The notes under the pieces: generated by a model
Seen by the model: only the letters and a program-made list of their open reading frames with translations
Told to the model about the DNA's origin: nothing
Databases searched by the model: none
Program-made: the position numbers and the translations under genes
From: an uncultured Verrucomicrobiae bacterium
GTDB taxonomy: Bacteria; Verrucomicrobiota; Verrucomicrobiia; Limisphaerales; Palsa-1400
Length of the DNA: 64,000 nt
Assembly: GCA_963813995.1 (NCBI GenBank)
Contig: CAWFAZ010000049.1
Coordinates: 71,593 to 135,592, forward strand
Reading direction: 5' to 3'
Shown here: positions 44,738 to 54,844 of the stretch, piece by piece
Position numbering within the stretch: the first letter of the stretch is position 1
Layout of the letters: the number at the start of each line of letters is the position of its first letter

Positions 44738-45964
44738 CTAATCCGCCATCGCCCGGCCTGCAATCCAGCCGGTGGTCCAGGCGGCCTGAAAGTTGAAGCC
44801 GCCGGTGATGCCGTCAATGTCCAGCAGTTCGCCGGCAAAGTGCAATCCGCGGCAAATCCGGCTCTCCATCGTTTTAAAATTGACTTCGCCCAATCGCACG
44901 CCGCCGCAGGTGACGAATTCGTCCTTGTTCAGGCTTTTGCCGGCCACTTTCAGTTCGGCGCGGATGAGTTGCTGGACCAGGGCGTGTTGCGCCGGACGCG
45001 GGAGCGCGGCCCAGCGGGTTTCGCGCGGGATGCCCGCCGCCAGGACCAGTTGTTCCCAAAGACGGCCCGGCAGCGGCGCAATCGGAGTGTTGACAATGAG
45101 GCGGGCGGGTTGCGCCCCGCGCCGCGCGCGCAGTTCCGCCGCGATTTGTTCCGAGTCAAGATGAGGGAGCCAGTTGATGCGCAACGGGAACTGGTAATTC
45201 AAAGCGCGCAAAATGCGCGCGCCCCAGGCCGATAACCGGAGTATGACCGGACCGCTCAAGCCCCAATGCGTCAAAAGCAACGCTCCCTGCTCGCGCAACT
45301 TCGTTCCCGGCACCGAGGCCGAGACTGATGCAACGGAAACGCCGGACAATTCCCGCACCCACGGGGTTTCGATGTGAAAGGTGAATAATGACGGCACGGG
45401 GGGTTCGAGGGTGTGGCCGAGGGACACCGCCAGTTCGCCTGCCAGCGCGGCCCGGCATCCGCCCGTGGCCAACAGCAACCGGTCGCAGATGAGCGATTCG
45501 CCGTTGGCCAGCGTCAGTTGAAAGGCGCCTCCGGGTTGTTTGGCAACGCGCGCCACGCCGCGATTGGACAGCAGCTTCACCCCGGCCGTCCTGGCCGCGC
45601 GCATCAGGCAGTCAATAATGGTCTGCGATGAATCGCTGGCCGGAAACATGCGTCCATCGCTTTCAGTTTTAAGTTTGACACCGCGGGATTCGAACCAGGC
45701 GACGGTGTCGCGCGCCTGGAAAATTTGGAAGGGAGCGAGCAAGGCCCGCTGGCCGCGTGGAAAGCGCGTCGTGAACTCGCGCAGATCGAAACAGGCATGA
45801 GTCACATTGCAGCGCCCGCCGCCGGAAATGCGGACTTTGCCCAGGAACTGCGCCCCTTTTTCCAGCACCGTGACGTCCGCCCCTGGCATGGCTTCCGCGC
45901 AGGTGATCGCCGCAAAAAAACCAGCGGGGCCACCGCCCACCACCACCACATGTCGCGCACTCAT
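44738..45964 (-). CDS. NAD(P)/FAD-dependent oxidoreductase, HI0933/YhiN (BaiN-like) family
   Basis: ORF 44738-45994. ATG at 45964 gives MSARHVVVVGGGPAGFFAA (dinucleotide-binding fold). GGGRCNVTH motif. C-terminal FAGELLDIDGITGGFNFQ. Confidence 0.85.
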   Translation of the reverse strand: MSARHVVVVGGGPAGFFAAITCAEAMPGADVTVLEKGAQFLGKVRISGGGRCNVTHACFDLREFTTRFPRGQRALLAPFQIFQARDTVAWFESRGVKLKTESDGRMFPASDSSQTIIDCLMRAARTAGVKLLSNRGVARVAKQPGGAFQLTLANGESLICDRLLLATGGCRAALAGELAVSLGHTLEPPVPSLFTFHIETPWVRELSGVSVASVSASVPGTKLREQGALLLTHWGLSGPVILRLSAWGARILRALNYQFPLRINWLPHLDSEQIAAELRARRGAQPARLIVNTPIAPLPGRLWEQLVLAAGIPRETRWAALPRPAQHALVQQLIRAELKVAGKSLNKDEFVTCGGVRLGEVNFKTMESRICRGLHFAGELLDIDGITGGFNFQAAWTTGWIAGRAMAD

Positions 45965-46021
45965 GGAGCGAAAGTTAGCAGAACATCCGTCCAAGCGCGG
46001 GCTTTTTCGCCATCTTAAAAC

Positions 46022-47593
46022 TCAATTGTGCGACGATGAAACGCCGGGCGGCACCACCTGTGCATTTATCGACATGTTTACCGCTGTCTTGTCAGCCGTC
46101 AGATTTGGAGTCAATCCGATGATGTAGTTGGGCGGGGCAGGCAGGGACGGATCCTGCCCGGCGAAGGACATCGTCCCTTGAATTCCATCGGCGGTGACTA
46201 ATCTTCCGTGTGTCACCACAACGCCATCGGGCGGGGTGGCCAACGCTTTGAGCAAGGCTTCAGCGTCCGCTGCGGCAAGGAGACTCTGCACCGAACTATC
46301 GAGGCCATCGGCTTTGAATTGGTCCAGGCCGAATTGGGCGAGCATCGCTTCGGGAATCTCCATCGCGCAATAGTTGACAGTGAGTTTCGCTTTGGGCATG
46401 TCAAAGGTGCTGCCGTCGGTGGAGACTTGTGTGGCAACGCCTGTTACTGGATCGATGGCCGGCGTCATAAGAATGAAGGTGCGTTTGCCGGGAGCGGTTG
46501 ACCATCCGCCGGTGACCAGCGTTTGTCCATCGCCGACGCGGGCGGTTAACTTCGTGGTAAATGGCTGGGCAGCGTCATTGGTCGCCTCATTTTTGGCCGC
46601 CGCTGGGGTTTGATTTGCACCGGTTGAGCGGCTGGCGGCCAGGGCGGTTCGCAATTGCCCGACTTGCCCCCGCAATCGCAATAATTCCGCGGCTTGCTCG
46701 CCCGACAACCGAGGCCGCTCCGCTTGCGCGACGAGGTTGGACAGACGTTCATTCTCCGCCTGAAGTTCGGCGAGTCTTTGGCTTTGATCGAGCAAGTCGC
46801 GGTTTTCGGCGCGGAGTTTCCCGACGGCTTGATGCTGGATGACAGCGGTGGTGATTCCCGCAACGGCGACAACGGCAAGGACGGCAGTTTTGAATTGGGA
46901 CATGGTAATGGTTCTCAGGATATTGACGGCGGTGATTCCAGTGGCGGCCGCCCCGCCGGCAGCGAGAGAAGAGGCGGCGATGGTCGCAGCCAGACTGGCA
47001 GGCGCGGGTTGAATGCCGTTCGCCGCCATCGCGAGCGAAAGGATGGACGCGGAGGTCGTCACGCCGCGTCGAACCAGCAATTCCCTGAGTTTGTCAAGCG
47101 CGCGGGCCACTCGTTTGCGCGCCGCGTCCTCGCCGGAACCGAGCGCCGCTCCGATTTCCTTGAGCGAACGTTGCTCGAAGAAACGAAGCAGCAGCGCGTC
47201 CCGGTCAAGGGGATTCATCTGGTCCAGCGCTTCATCGAGCCAGGGACGGACTTGTTCCCAATCGGGATCGGCATCGGGACCGGGCGTATTCATAGAGGAG
47301 GCCTCCTGTTCACGAGCCTGGCGGCGGCGTTCGGCGCGCAGCACATCCAGTGCGGTGAAGCGCGTATCGCGATGCAACCATCCCGGCAGGACCACTTGAT
47401 CGGAAAGCGATGCCGCCTTGCGAGCCAGATTGGCAAAGACGAGCTGGGTAACGTCCTCGGCGAGTTGGCGGGTCCGCACCTGACGCCATGCAGCGGAATA
47501 GACGAAGTTCAGATGGCGCGCCACCAACTCAGCAAAGGCGTCCTGCGAACTTTCCTTCACATAGCGAGCGAGCAGTTGGCTGTCATCCATCAT
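46022..47593 (-). CDS. ECF-type sigma-70 family factor fused to a TM segment, coiled coil and ~200-aa C-terminal domain
   Basis: 523 aa. Region 2 ([20 protein letters not shown]) and region 4 ([39 protein letters not shown]). Then TM segment [19 protein letters not shown], a heptad-like stretch ([29 protein letters not shown]) and an uncharacterised C-terminal domain. Confidence 0.85.
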   Translation of the reverse strand: MMDDSQLLARYVKESSQDAFAELVARHLNFVYSAAWRQVRTRQLAEDVTQLVFANLARKAASLSDQVVLPGWLHRDTRFTALDVLRAERRRQAREQEASSMNTPGPDADPDWEQVRPWLDEALDQMNPLDRDALLLRFFEQRSLKEIGAALGSGEDAARKRVARALDKLRELLVRRGVTTSASILSLAMAANGIQPAPASLAATIAASSLAAGGAAATGITAVNILRTITMSQFKTAVLAVVAVAGITTAVIQHQAVGKLRAENRDLLDQSQRLAELQAENERLSNLVAQAERPRLSGEQAAELLRLRGQVGQLRTALAASRSTGANQTPAAAKNEATNDAAQPFTTKLTARVGDGQTLVTGGWSTAPGKRTFILMTPAIDPVTGVATQVSTDGSTFDMPKAKLTVNYCAMEIPEAMLAQFGLDQFKADGLDSSVQSLLAAADAEALLKALATPPDGVVVTHGRLVTADGIQGTMSFAGQDPSLPAPPNYIIGLTPNLTADKTAVNMSINAQVVPPGVSSSHN

Positions 47594-47697
47594 CGTCTTT
47601 ACATAACAAACGCCGCAGCAGATGGAAACCGGACATAAACCAGAAAGAAGGTATCAGCCTTGAACTTTGCGCCCTGAACCTTGACCCTGACGGCATT

Positions 47698-48765
47698 GTG
47701 ACTGACGAAACAGCTTCCCAACCCACCGCGACGCGGCCCAAGCGGCGGCAGCGTTATCCGGGCAGAAACCCGCGGCGTTTCGAGGAGAAATACAAGGAAC
47801 ATAATCCGGCGCGCTACGCTGACACGGTGGAGAAAGTCCTTGCCTCGGGCAAAACGCCGGCGGGAACGCATCGTCCGGTAATGGCGCGGGAAATTCTGGA
47901 GGTCCTCGCGCCAAAACCCGGCGAGATTGCGGTGGATTGCACACTCGGCTTTGGCGGACATGCCCGGGAACTTCTGGCCCGCCTCCAGCCCGGCGGACGG
48001 CTCCTGGGATTGGACGCCGATGCGGCGGAACTTGCAAAGGCCGAAGCCCGTTTGCGCGCGCTGGGGTTTGGCGCGGATGTCTTCACCGCCCATCGCAGTA
48101 ATTTCGCCGGTCTGCCGCAAATACTCGCCGCCGCGGAAATTTCGGGCGCGGACATCATCCTGGCGGACTTGGGCGTGTCGTCCATGCAACTGGATGATCC
48201 AAGGCGCGGATTCTCGGTAAAAAATGAAGGGCCGCTCGACATGCGCATGAATCCGTCGCGCGGCCAGCCCGCCTCGGCATTTTTGGCGCGTATTCGTCCC
48301 GACACTTTGGAAAAGGCGCTGGCCGGGAACGCGGACGAGCCGCGCGCCGCGGCCCTGGCGCCGGTCCTGGCCGGGCGGTCTTTCGCCACCACGACCGCGC
48401 TGGCCGGGGCGATTCGGGCCGCCCTGCCGCGCTTGAACAAAGAGGATTGCGACCTTACGATTCGCCGTGTCTTCCAGGCGCTGCGCATTGCGGTGAACGA
48501 CGAGTTTTCGGCGCTGGAAACCCTTTTGCGCCATCTTCCCGCGTGCCTGAACCCTGGCGGGCGCGCGGCCATCCTGACCTTTCACTCGGGCGAAGATCGG
48601 CGCGTGAAGAAGTCCTTCGAGGCAGGCTCTCGCGATGGCGTTTATGGGGAAATTTCCCGCGAAGTGCTGCGTCCGGACGCCGATGAGCGCCGCGCCAATC
48701 CGCGCTCCACGCCCGCCAAACTGCGTTGGGCGGTCAGAAAAGAGATTTGTCAGCGGCCCGTTTAG
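47698..48765 (+). CDS. rsmH: 16S rRNA (cytosine1402-N4)-methyltransferase with basic N-terminal extension
   Basis: ORF 47488-48765. Conserved core HRPVMAREILEVL...DCTLGFGGHARELL...DLGVSSMQLD...FHSGEDRRVK. The ATG at 47488 would overlap the divergent sigma gene by 106 nt. GTG at 47698 is the first plausible start, so the start is uncertain. Confidence 0.8.
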   Translation: MTDETASQPTATRPKRRQRYPGRNPRRFEEKYKEHNPARYADTVEKVLASGKTPAGTHRPVMAREILEVLAPKPGEIAVDCTLGFGGHARELLARLQPGGRLLGLDADAAELAKAEARLRALGFGADVFTAHRSNFAGLPQILAAAEISGADIILADLGVSSMQLDDPRRGFSVKNEGPLDMRMNPSRGQPASAFLARIRPDTLEKALAGNADEPRAAALAPVLAGRSFATTTALAGAIRAALPRLNKEDCDLTIRRVFQALRIAVNDEFSALETLLRHLPACLNPGGRAAILTFHSGEDRRVKKSFEAGSRDGVYGEISREVLRPDADERRANPRSTPAKLRWAVRKEICQRPV

Positions 48766-48834
48766 ACGGTAAGCTCAACCTGTGTGGCAAAGCTTTCGAC
48801 TTTAACTGTAACTTTACATTTTGACTGATGACGC

Positions 48835-51576
48835 ATGGCCGTGGTGAAAATTAGAAATCAAAAGAAAACTTCATCCGCCCCGGCGAAGGCGGCCGGCGAA
48901 CCGTTGCCTTCTCCGGCAGGTTCCAACCACCAGGATTGGCTGCAATCGCTCGAAGCCATGCTGGAGATCACGTTGAAAAATCAAGGTCCGGACAAGGCCA
49001 ATCTCCTTGTGGCCGGCCTGATTGCGCGCTTGCGCGCGGCGGGAGTCCAAACGCCCTGCCCGGTGAGCACGCCGTACATCAACACAATCGCCCCCGAAGA
49101 GGAGCCGCCGTATCCGGGCAATCGCGAGATCGAGCGGCGCATCAAAAGCCTGGCCCGGTGGAATGCCATGGCCATGGTGGTCAACGCCAATCACAACGAA
49201 AGCGGCGTGGGCGGGCATATTTCCAGTTACGCTTCGATGGCCACCCTCTACGAAGTGGCCTACAATCATTTTTTTCGCGGCGGCGAGGGCGGGCGGCTGG
49301 CTGATTTGGTTTATTTCCAGGGCCACACCGCGCCCGGCAACTACGCCCGCGCCTTTCTGGAATACCGGCTGGATGAAGGGCACCTGCATAATTTCCGCAC
49401 GGAATTGGCCGACGGCGGCGGACTTTCCTCCTATCCGCATCCCTATTTGATGCCCGATTTCTGGCAGTTTCCGACCGTCTCGATGGGGTTGGGTCCGTTG
49501 ATGTCCATTTACCAGGCGCGATTCATGCGCTACCTCAAGGCGCGCGGCTTGCTGGCCTCGGTGGAAGAACCCCGCGTCTGGGCGTTTGTGGGTGATGGAG
49601 AGACGGACGAACCGGAAACGCTCGGCTCGATCACGCTGGCCGCGCGGGAGAATCTGGACAATTTGATCTGGGTGGTCAACTGCAATTTGCAGCGCCTGGA
49701 CGGCCCGGTGCGGGGCAACGGCAAGATCATCCAGGAATTGGAAGGCCTCTTTCGAGGGGCGGGGTGGAACGTGATCAAAGTCATTTGGGGCTCGGCTTGG
49801 GACGGGCTTCTGGCGCAGGACAAATCCGGCCTGCTGGTCAGGCGCATGGAGGAAGCCGTTGATGGCGATTACCAAAAATACACCGTCGAGCCTGGCAGTT
49901 ACATTCGCCGCCATTTTTTCGGCAAATATCCGGAGTTGCTGCAACTGGTCACTCATTTGAGCGACGATGATCTGACCCGGCTGACGCGGGGCGGACACGA
50001 TCCGATAAAGGTTTATGCCGCGTACAAAGCCGCTGTGGAGCACAAGGGCGGTCCAACGGTCATTTTGGCCAAGACGGTCAAAGGCTACGGCTTGGGCGAA
50101 GCCGGCGAAGGCCGCAACATTTCGCATCAACAGAAAAAGATGAACGAAAAGGAGCTGCGCGAATTCCGCGCCCGGTTCGACATCCCGGTGCGCGACGAAG
50201 ACGTGGTCGAAACGCCGTTTTACCGGCCGGCGAAAGATTCGCGGGAAATCAGGTATCTGTTGGATCGCCGGCGGAAGCTGGGGGGATTCGTTCCGAAACG
50301 GGTGGTCCAGGCGGAGCCGTTGCAGACGCCGCGGCTGGAGGCGTTCCCGGATTTTGCAAAAGGATCGGGGATGGCGGAGTTCTCCACGACGATGGGATTT
50401 GTCCGCCTGCTTTCCAGTCTGATTCGTGACAAGACCATTGGCCGCCATGTGGTGCCCATCATTCCCGATGAGGCCAGGACATTTGGCATTGACCCGCTCT
50501 TTGCCCAGGTGGGCATCTATTCCTCGAAAGGCCAGCTTTACGAACCGGTCGATAAAAGCGGCCTCAGCTTCTATCATGAAGCCCAGGACGGCCAGATACT
50601 GGAGGAAGGCATTACCGAGGCCGGTTCGATGGCGTCATTCGTGGCGGCCGGCACGGCTTACGCCAATTATGGTGTCAATTTGATTCCCTTCTATATTTAT
50701 TACTCCATGTTCGGCCCGCAGCGCGTCGGCGACGAAATCTGGCTGGCGGCCGACAGCCGGACCAAGGGCTTTTTGCTGGGGGCGACCTCGGGCCGCACCA
50801 CCCTCAATGGCGAGGGCTTGCAGCATCAGGATGGACACAGCCCGATCCTGGCCGGCACGGTGCCGACACTTTATGCCTACGATCCTGCTTTTGCTTATGA
50901 AATCGCCATCATCGTGTGTGACGGCATGAAGCGGATGTTTCAAGAGGGCGGGGAAATCTTCTACTACCTTTGTTTGTATAACGAGAATTATGTCATGCCC
51001 GCCATGCCTGCCGGCGTGGAGGAGGGCGTGATCAAAGGGTTGTATAAGTTCAAGACGGGACCCGGCGACAGGAAACACAAGGCGCACCTCTTCGGCAGCG
51101 GCAGCATGATCCGGTCGGCGTTGCAGGCCCGGGATATTCTGGCGGAGCGTTATGATGTCTCGGCGGATGTCTGGAGCGCCACCAGTTACAAGAACCTGCG
51201 CAACGAAGCCCTGCTCGTGGAACGCTGGAACAGGCTGCATCCCGCCGAACCGCCCAAAAAGCCCCATGTCCGGCAACTGCTCGAAAATGAAAGCGGCCCG
51301 TTCATCGCCGTTTCCGATTACATGAAAATTGTCCCGGACCAGATTGCCAAATGGGTGCCGGGCGGGTTGACCACTTTGGGAACCGACGGGTTTGGCCGCA
51401 GCGATACGCGAGCGCGCCTGCGCCGATTCTTCGAGGTCGATGCCGAATGCACGGTGCTGGCCACCCTGCACGCGCTCGCCCAACGAGGCGAGGTGGACCC
51501 CGCGGTCGTCGCCCGGGCCATTAAAGACTTGAATGTTGACCCCGAAAAGCAGTTTCCTCAAATCCTTGCGTTTTAA
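48835..51576 (+). CDS. aceE: pyruvate dehydrogenase E1 component, homodimeric type
   Basis: 913 aa. Length and motifs (GGHISSYASMATLYEV, GDGETDEPE, GRTTLNGEGLQHQDGHS) typical of AceE. Confidence 0.95.
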   Translation: MAVVKIRNQKKTSSAPAKAAGEPLPSPAGSNHQDWLQSLEAMLEITLKNQGPDKANLLVAGLIARLRAAGVQTPCPVSTPYINTIAPEEEPPYPGNREIERRIKSLARWNAMAMVVNANHNESGVGGHISSYASMATLYEVAYNHFFRGGEGGRLADLVYFQGHTAPGNYARAFLEYRLDEGHLHNFRTELADGGGLSSYPHPYLMPDFWQFPTVSMGLGPLMSIYQARFMRYLKARGLLASVEEPRVWAFVGDGETDEPETLGSITLAARENLDNLIWVVNCNLQRLDGPVRGNGKIIQELEGLFRGAGWNVIKVIWGSAWDGLLAQDKSGLLVRRMEEAVDGDYQKYTVEPGSYIRRHFFGKYPELLQLVTHLSDDDLTRLTRGGHDPIKVYAAYKAAVEHKGGPTVILAKTVKGYGLGEAGEGRNISHQQKKMNEKELREFRARFDIPVRDEDVVETPFYRPAKDSREIRYLLDRRRKLGGFVPKRVVQAEPLQTPRLEAFPDFAKGSGMAEFSTTMGFVRLLSSLIRDKTIGRHVVPIIPDEARTFGIDPLFAQVGIYSSKGQLYEPVDKSGLSFYHEAQDGQILEEGITEAGSMASFVAAGTAYANYGVNLIPFYIYYSMFGPQRVGDEIWLAADSRTKGFLLGATSGRTTLNGEGLQHQDGHSPILAGTVPTLYAYDPAFAYEIAIIVCDGMKRMFQEGGEIFYYLCLYNENYVMPAMPAGVEEGVIKGLYKFKTGPGDRKHKAHLFGSGSMIRSALQARDILAERYDVSADVWSATSYKNLRNEALLVERWNRLHPAEPPKKPHVRQLLENESGPFIAVSDYMKIVPDQIAKWVPGGLTTLGTDGFGRSDTRARLRRFFEVDAECTVLATLHALAQRGEVDPAVVARAIKDLNVDPEKQFPQILAF

Positions 51577-51585
51577 ATCAATTTT

Positions 51586-52872
51586 ATGGATCTGAAATTA
51601 CCCCCGCTGGGCGAAGGCGTTGACTCAGGCAGTGTTGTGAGTATTTTGGTCAAGGAAGGCGAGCAAGTCCAAAAAGGGCAGGGGATCATCGAACTGGAAA
51701 CCGGCAAGGCAGTCGCCCCGGTGCCGGCCTCTGCTGCCGGCAAAGTTGCCAAAATCATCGTCGCCGTTGGCGATACAATCTCGGTGGGCCAGTCCATCCT
51801 GTCGCTCGAAGCCGGCCCGGCTCCCGCCAAGGCCGCCGCCCCGAAGCCCGCGCCCGCCCCGGCGCCCCGCGCTGCCCGGCCCGCGCCCGTCCAGCCTCCA
51901 CCGGAGGGAGAAACAGCCGGGGAGGTCCCTGAACCGGAGGAAGAGACATCCGGCCCCGAGCCGGCCTCCTCGCCCACCATCCGCCGCATGGCGCGTGAAT
52001 TGGGCATCAACCTGAGAAGAATTCACGGCAGTGAACACGGCGGACGAATTGTCATGGCCGATGTGCGCGCTTACCTCGAGCGCCTGCAACGTCTGGCCGC
52101 CCCGCCGCGCGCGCCGGGTCCGGCCGGCGCTCCCGCCAAACCCGCGCCGGAGAAAACCGACTTCTCCAAATGGGGCCCGATTGTCAGGCGGCCCATGACG
52201 CCCTTGCGCAAAGTCATCGCCCAGCGCATGAGCGAAAGTTGGAACGCCGTGCCGCGTGTCACTCAATTTGACGAGGCGGACATCACCGCGCTGAACGACC
52301 TGCGCAAAAAGCACGCCGACGCTTATGAGAAGAAAGGCGCGCGGCTGACCCTGACCTCCTTCGCCCTGAAAATCGTGGCGGAGACGTTGAAGAAACATCC
52401 GGTGCTTAACACCAGCCTCGACCCGGCCGCCGGCGAAGTGATTTACAAGGAGTATTTGCACATTGGCATTGCCGTGGACACCGAACAGGGTCTGATCGTG
52501 CCGGTGCTCAGAGACGCCGACAAGAAGGACCTGCTGGCTCTTGCGAAGGAGTTGAACGAAATCGCCGTGAAAACCCGCGATCGAAAAATTTCGTTGGAAG
52601 AACTGCAAGGGGGCACCTTTACCATTTCAAATCAAGGCGGCATCGGCGGCCGTCATTTCACCCCCATCATCAACCTGCCGGAAACGGCGGTTCTCGGCCT
52701 GGGCCGCGGCGTCATGCAGGCGGTGGTGCGCGACGGGAAAATCGAGCCGCGGCTCATCCTGCCCCTGGCGCTCTCCTATGATCATCGTGTCATTGACGGC
52801 GGCGCGGCCGTGCGATTCATGGTGGATCTGGTGCGGGGGTTTGAGACTTTTGACGAAAAACAACTGGGCTGA
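51586..52872 (+). CDS. aceF: dihydrolipoyllysine-residue acetyltransferase E2
   Basis: 428 aa. Lipoyl domain (ELETGKAV), Ala/Pro linker, subunit-binding domain (SPTIRRMARELGI), catalytic SYDHRVIDG. Confidence 0.9.
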   Translation: MDLKLPPLGEGVDSGSVVSILVKEGEQVQKGQGIIELETGKAVAPVPASAAGKVAKIIVAVGDTISVGQSILSLEAGPAPAKAAAPKPAPAPAPRAARPAPVQPPPEGETAGEVPEPEEETSGPEPASSPTIRRMARELGINLRRIHGSEHGGRIVMADVRAYLERLQRLAAPPRAPGPAGAPAKPAPEKTDFSKWGPIVRRPMTPLRKVIAQRMSESWNAVPRVTQFDEADITALNDLRKKHADAYEKKGARLTLTSFALKIVAETLKKHPVLNTSLDPAAGEVIYKEYLHIGIAVDTEQGLIVPVLRDADKKDLLALAKELNEIAVKTRDRKISLEELQGGTFTISNQGGIGGRHFTPIINLPETAVLGLGRGVMQAVVRDGKIEPRLILPLALSYDHRVIDGGAAVRFMVDLVRGFETFDEKQLG

Positions 52873-52902
52873 TCCTGACACATCATTAACCCCCAAATCA
52901 TC

Positions 52903-54330
52903 GTGGACCTTATTCATACTGAGATTGTTGTTCTTGGCGCCGGGCCTGGAGGCTATGCCGCCGCCTTTTACGCGGCCGACCTCGGCAAAAAAGTTCTTCT
53001 TGTCGAACAGGACAAAAAGCTGGGCGGCGTTTGTCTCAATCGCGGCTGCATTCCCTCCAAGGCCCTGCTGCACGCCGCCAGAATGATCGGCGAAGCCAGG
53101 GAATCCGCCCATCGCGGCATTGCCTTCGGCCCGCCCCAAATCGAATTGGACAAACTCCGCGCCTGGAAAAACTCCATCGTGGACAAACTTTCCGGCGGGG
53201 TCAGCTTCCTGGCCAAGAAGCGCGGCGTGCAGGTGCTGATGGGACGCGGCTACTTCGAAGGTTCGCAATCCCTGCGCGTCGAGACAGCCGAAGGCCAGCA
53301 AATTGTTACATTTGACAGGGCCATTGTCGCGGTCGGTTCCAAGGCGGCGCTGCCCAAGGCTTTTGATCTGGGCAATCCCCGCGTCATGACCTCGACCGAA
53401 GCGCTGGAAATCGAGGAGATTCCCGAAGATTTCCTGGTCATCGGCGGCGGCTACATCGGCATGGAACTTGGCAGCGTCTATGCCGGCCTCGGCAGCAAAG
53501 TCGTCGTGATCGAAGCCCTGCCCGGCATCCTGGCCGGGGCCGACCCCGACCTGGTGCGCCCCATCCTCAAATACGCGGAGAAAAACTTCCGCGAACTCCG
53601 CCTCAACACCAAGGTGACCCAGATGTCCACCAAAGGGAAAAAAATCCGCACCGTCACCCAGGGGCCGGACAAGGCCGAAAAGGAGGAGTTTTACGATCGC
53701 GTTCTCGTTGCTGTGGGGCGCGTGCCCCGTTGCGGGGACCTTGGTTTGGAAAACACCAAAGTTGAGCAGGACGAACGCGGCTTCATCAAGGTCAACGAAA
53801 AACAGGAAACCGCCGATCCCTTTATCTTTGCCATTGGCGATATTGCCGGCGGAGTTTTGCTGGCCCACAAAGCCTCCAAGGAGGCGCGCGTCGCCGTTGA
53901 AACCATCGCGGGCGAAGAAAGCACCTCGGCGGGCGTCATCATTCCCGCCATCGTCTTCACCGATCCGGAACTGGCCTGGTGCGGGTTGACCGAGGCCGAG
54001 GCGAAAAGCAAGGGGTTGACGGTGGCAGTGGCCAAATACCCCTGGGCCGCCTCCGGGCGGGCGCTGACCTTCGATCGCCCTGACGGCCTGACGAAATTGA
54101 TTATTGACCCGGAAACCGAGCGCATCCTGGGAATCGGCATCGTGGGCCACGGCGCGGGCGAGTTGATTGCCGAAGGCGTGGTGGCCATCGAGATGGGCGC
54201 CACCGTGCGCGACCTGGCCGAATCGGTCCATCCGCACCCGACCGTTTCCGAGACGTTGATGGAAGCCGCCGAAGTCTTTTACGGATTCTCCACCCACACC
54301 TACGCCCCAAAAAAGCGCGAAGAAACATGA
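52903..54330 (+). CDS. lpdA: dihydrolipoyl dehydrogenase E3
   Basis: 475 aa, GTG start. GAGPGGY FAD fold. Redox disulfide GGVCLNRGCIPSK. C-terminal HPHPTVSE. Confidence 0.93.
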   Translation: MDLIHTEIVVLGAGPGGYAAAFYAADLGKKVLLVEQDKKLGGVCLNRGCIPSKALLHAARMIGEARESAHRGIAFGPPQIELDKLRAWKNSIVDKLSGGVSFLAKKRGVQVLMGRGYFEGSQSLRVETAEGQQIVTFDRAIVAVGSKAALPKAFDLGNPRVMTSTEALEIEEIPEDFLVIGGGYIGMELGSVYAGLGSKVVVIEALPGILAGADPDLVRPILKYAEKNFRELRLNTKVTQMSTKGKKIRTVTQGPDKAEKEEFYDRVLVAVGRVPRCGDLGLENTKVEQDERGFIKVNEKQETADPFIFAIGDIAGGVLLAHKASKEARVAVETIAGEESTSAGVIIPAIVFTDPELAWCGLTEAEAKSKGLTVAVAKYPWAASGRALTFDRPDGLTKLIIDPETERILGIGIVGHGAGELIAEGVVAIEMGATVRDLAESVHPHPTVSETLMEAAEVFYGFSTHTYAPKKREET

Positions 54331-54445
54331 CTTTTGACAATTGGCAACCAAAATGAACGAGTATCAATTTTCGAGGGCGGAACCAGGACCCTTTTATAAA
54401 AGAAGCCATTAAACGTCAATGATGTGAAAAGCGAGTTCAGCCCCA

Positions 54446-54570
54446 ATCATTAGCGAATAGGGAGATTCATTCACCGAAAAGGTGAGGCCGGTAGGACGAC
54501 GCTCCTGCGGAGCCTTCTCCTCTGGAAATGGCTCCGCAGGAGCCTCGCCCTACCAAAAGTCGCTAATGAT
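54446..54570. repeat. composite palindromic element downstream of lpd
   Basis: Inner arms GGTAGGACGACGCTCCTGCGGAGCC (54490-54514) and GGCTCCGCAGGAGCCTCGCCCTACC (54530-54554). Outer arms ATCATTAGCGA (54446-54456) and TCGCTAATGAT (54560-54570). Confidence 0.7.
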
Positions 54571-54649
54571 CGAGGAGTTCAGCAGGCGCAATGACCGGCA
54601 ATAGTGGGTTGACAACCGCAAGACATTGTGATACTTATTTGATACTGAA

Positions 54650-54844
54650 ATGCCGCGCAAAGTGCGACAACTGATTGCCGACTTGGAAAAGGCTGGCTTT
54701 GTGAACCGTGGCGGCAAAGGCAGCCACCGCAATTTTATTCATCCGAAGGGGCAGCGCGTAACAATCAGCGGTGGCCGGGGCGATGATGCTTTTCCGTATC
54801 AGGAAAGCCAGGTGCGGCGGAGAATTGAGGAATCGAAACAATGA
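54650..54844 (+). CDS. hicA: HicA-family mRNA interferase toxin
   Basis: 64 aa. MPRKVRQLIADLEKAGFVNRGGKGSHRNFIHP is the YcfA/HicA pattern. 4-nt overlap with hicB. Confidence 0.88.
   Translation: MPRKVRQLIADLEKAGFVNRGGKGSHRNFIHPKGQRVTISGGRGDDAFPYQESQVRRRIEESKQ

Noticed and set aside
51573-52010. Gly/Ala/Pro-rich 145-aa minus-strand ORF, and the similar Ala-rich ORF at 61765-62256
   Set aside because: These are antisense translations of the Ala/Pro linker regions of AceF and L7/L12: low-complexity artefacts.
54609-54637. hicAB promoter (TTGACA at 54609-54614) with a GATACT direct repeat as HicB operator
   Set aside because: The -10 candidates are weak (GATACT with a 15-nt spacer, or TACTTA with 17 nt). 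The GATACT-N5-GATACT repeat is short enough to arise by chance. Not listed as a feature.
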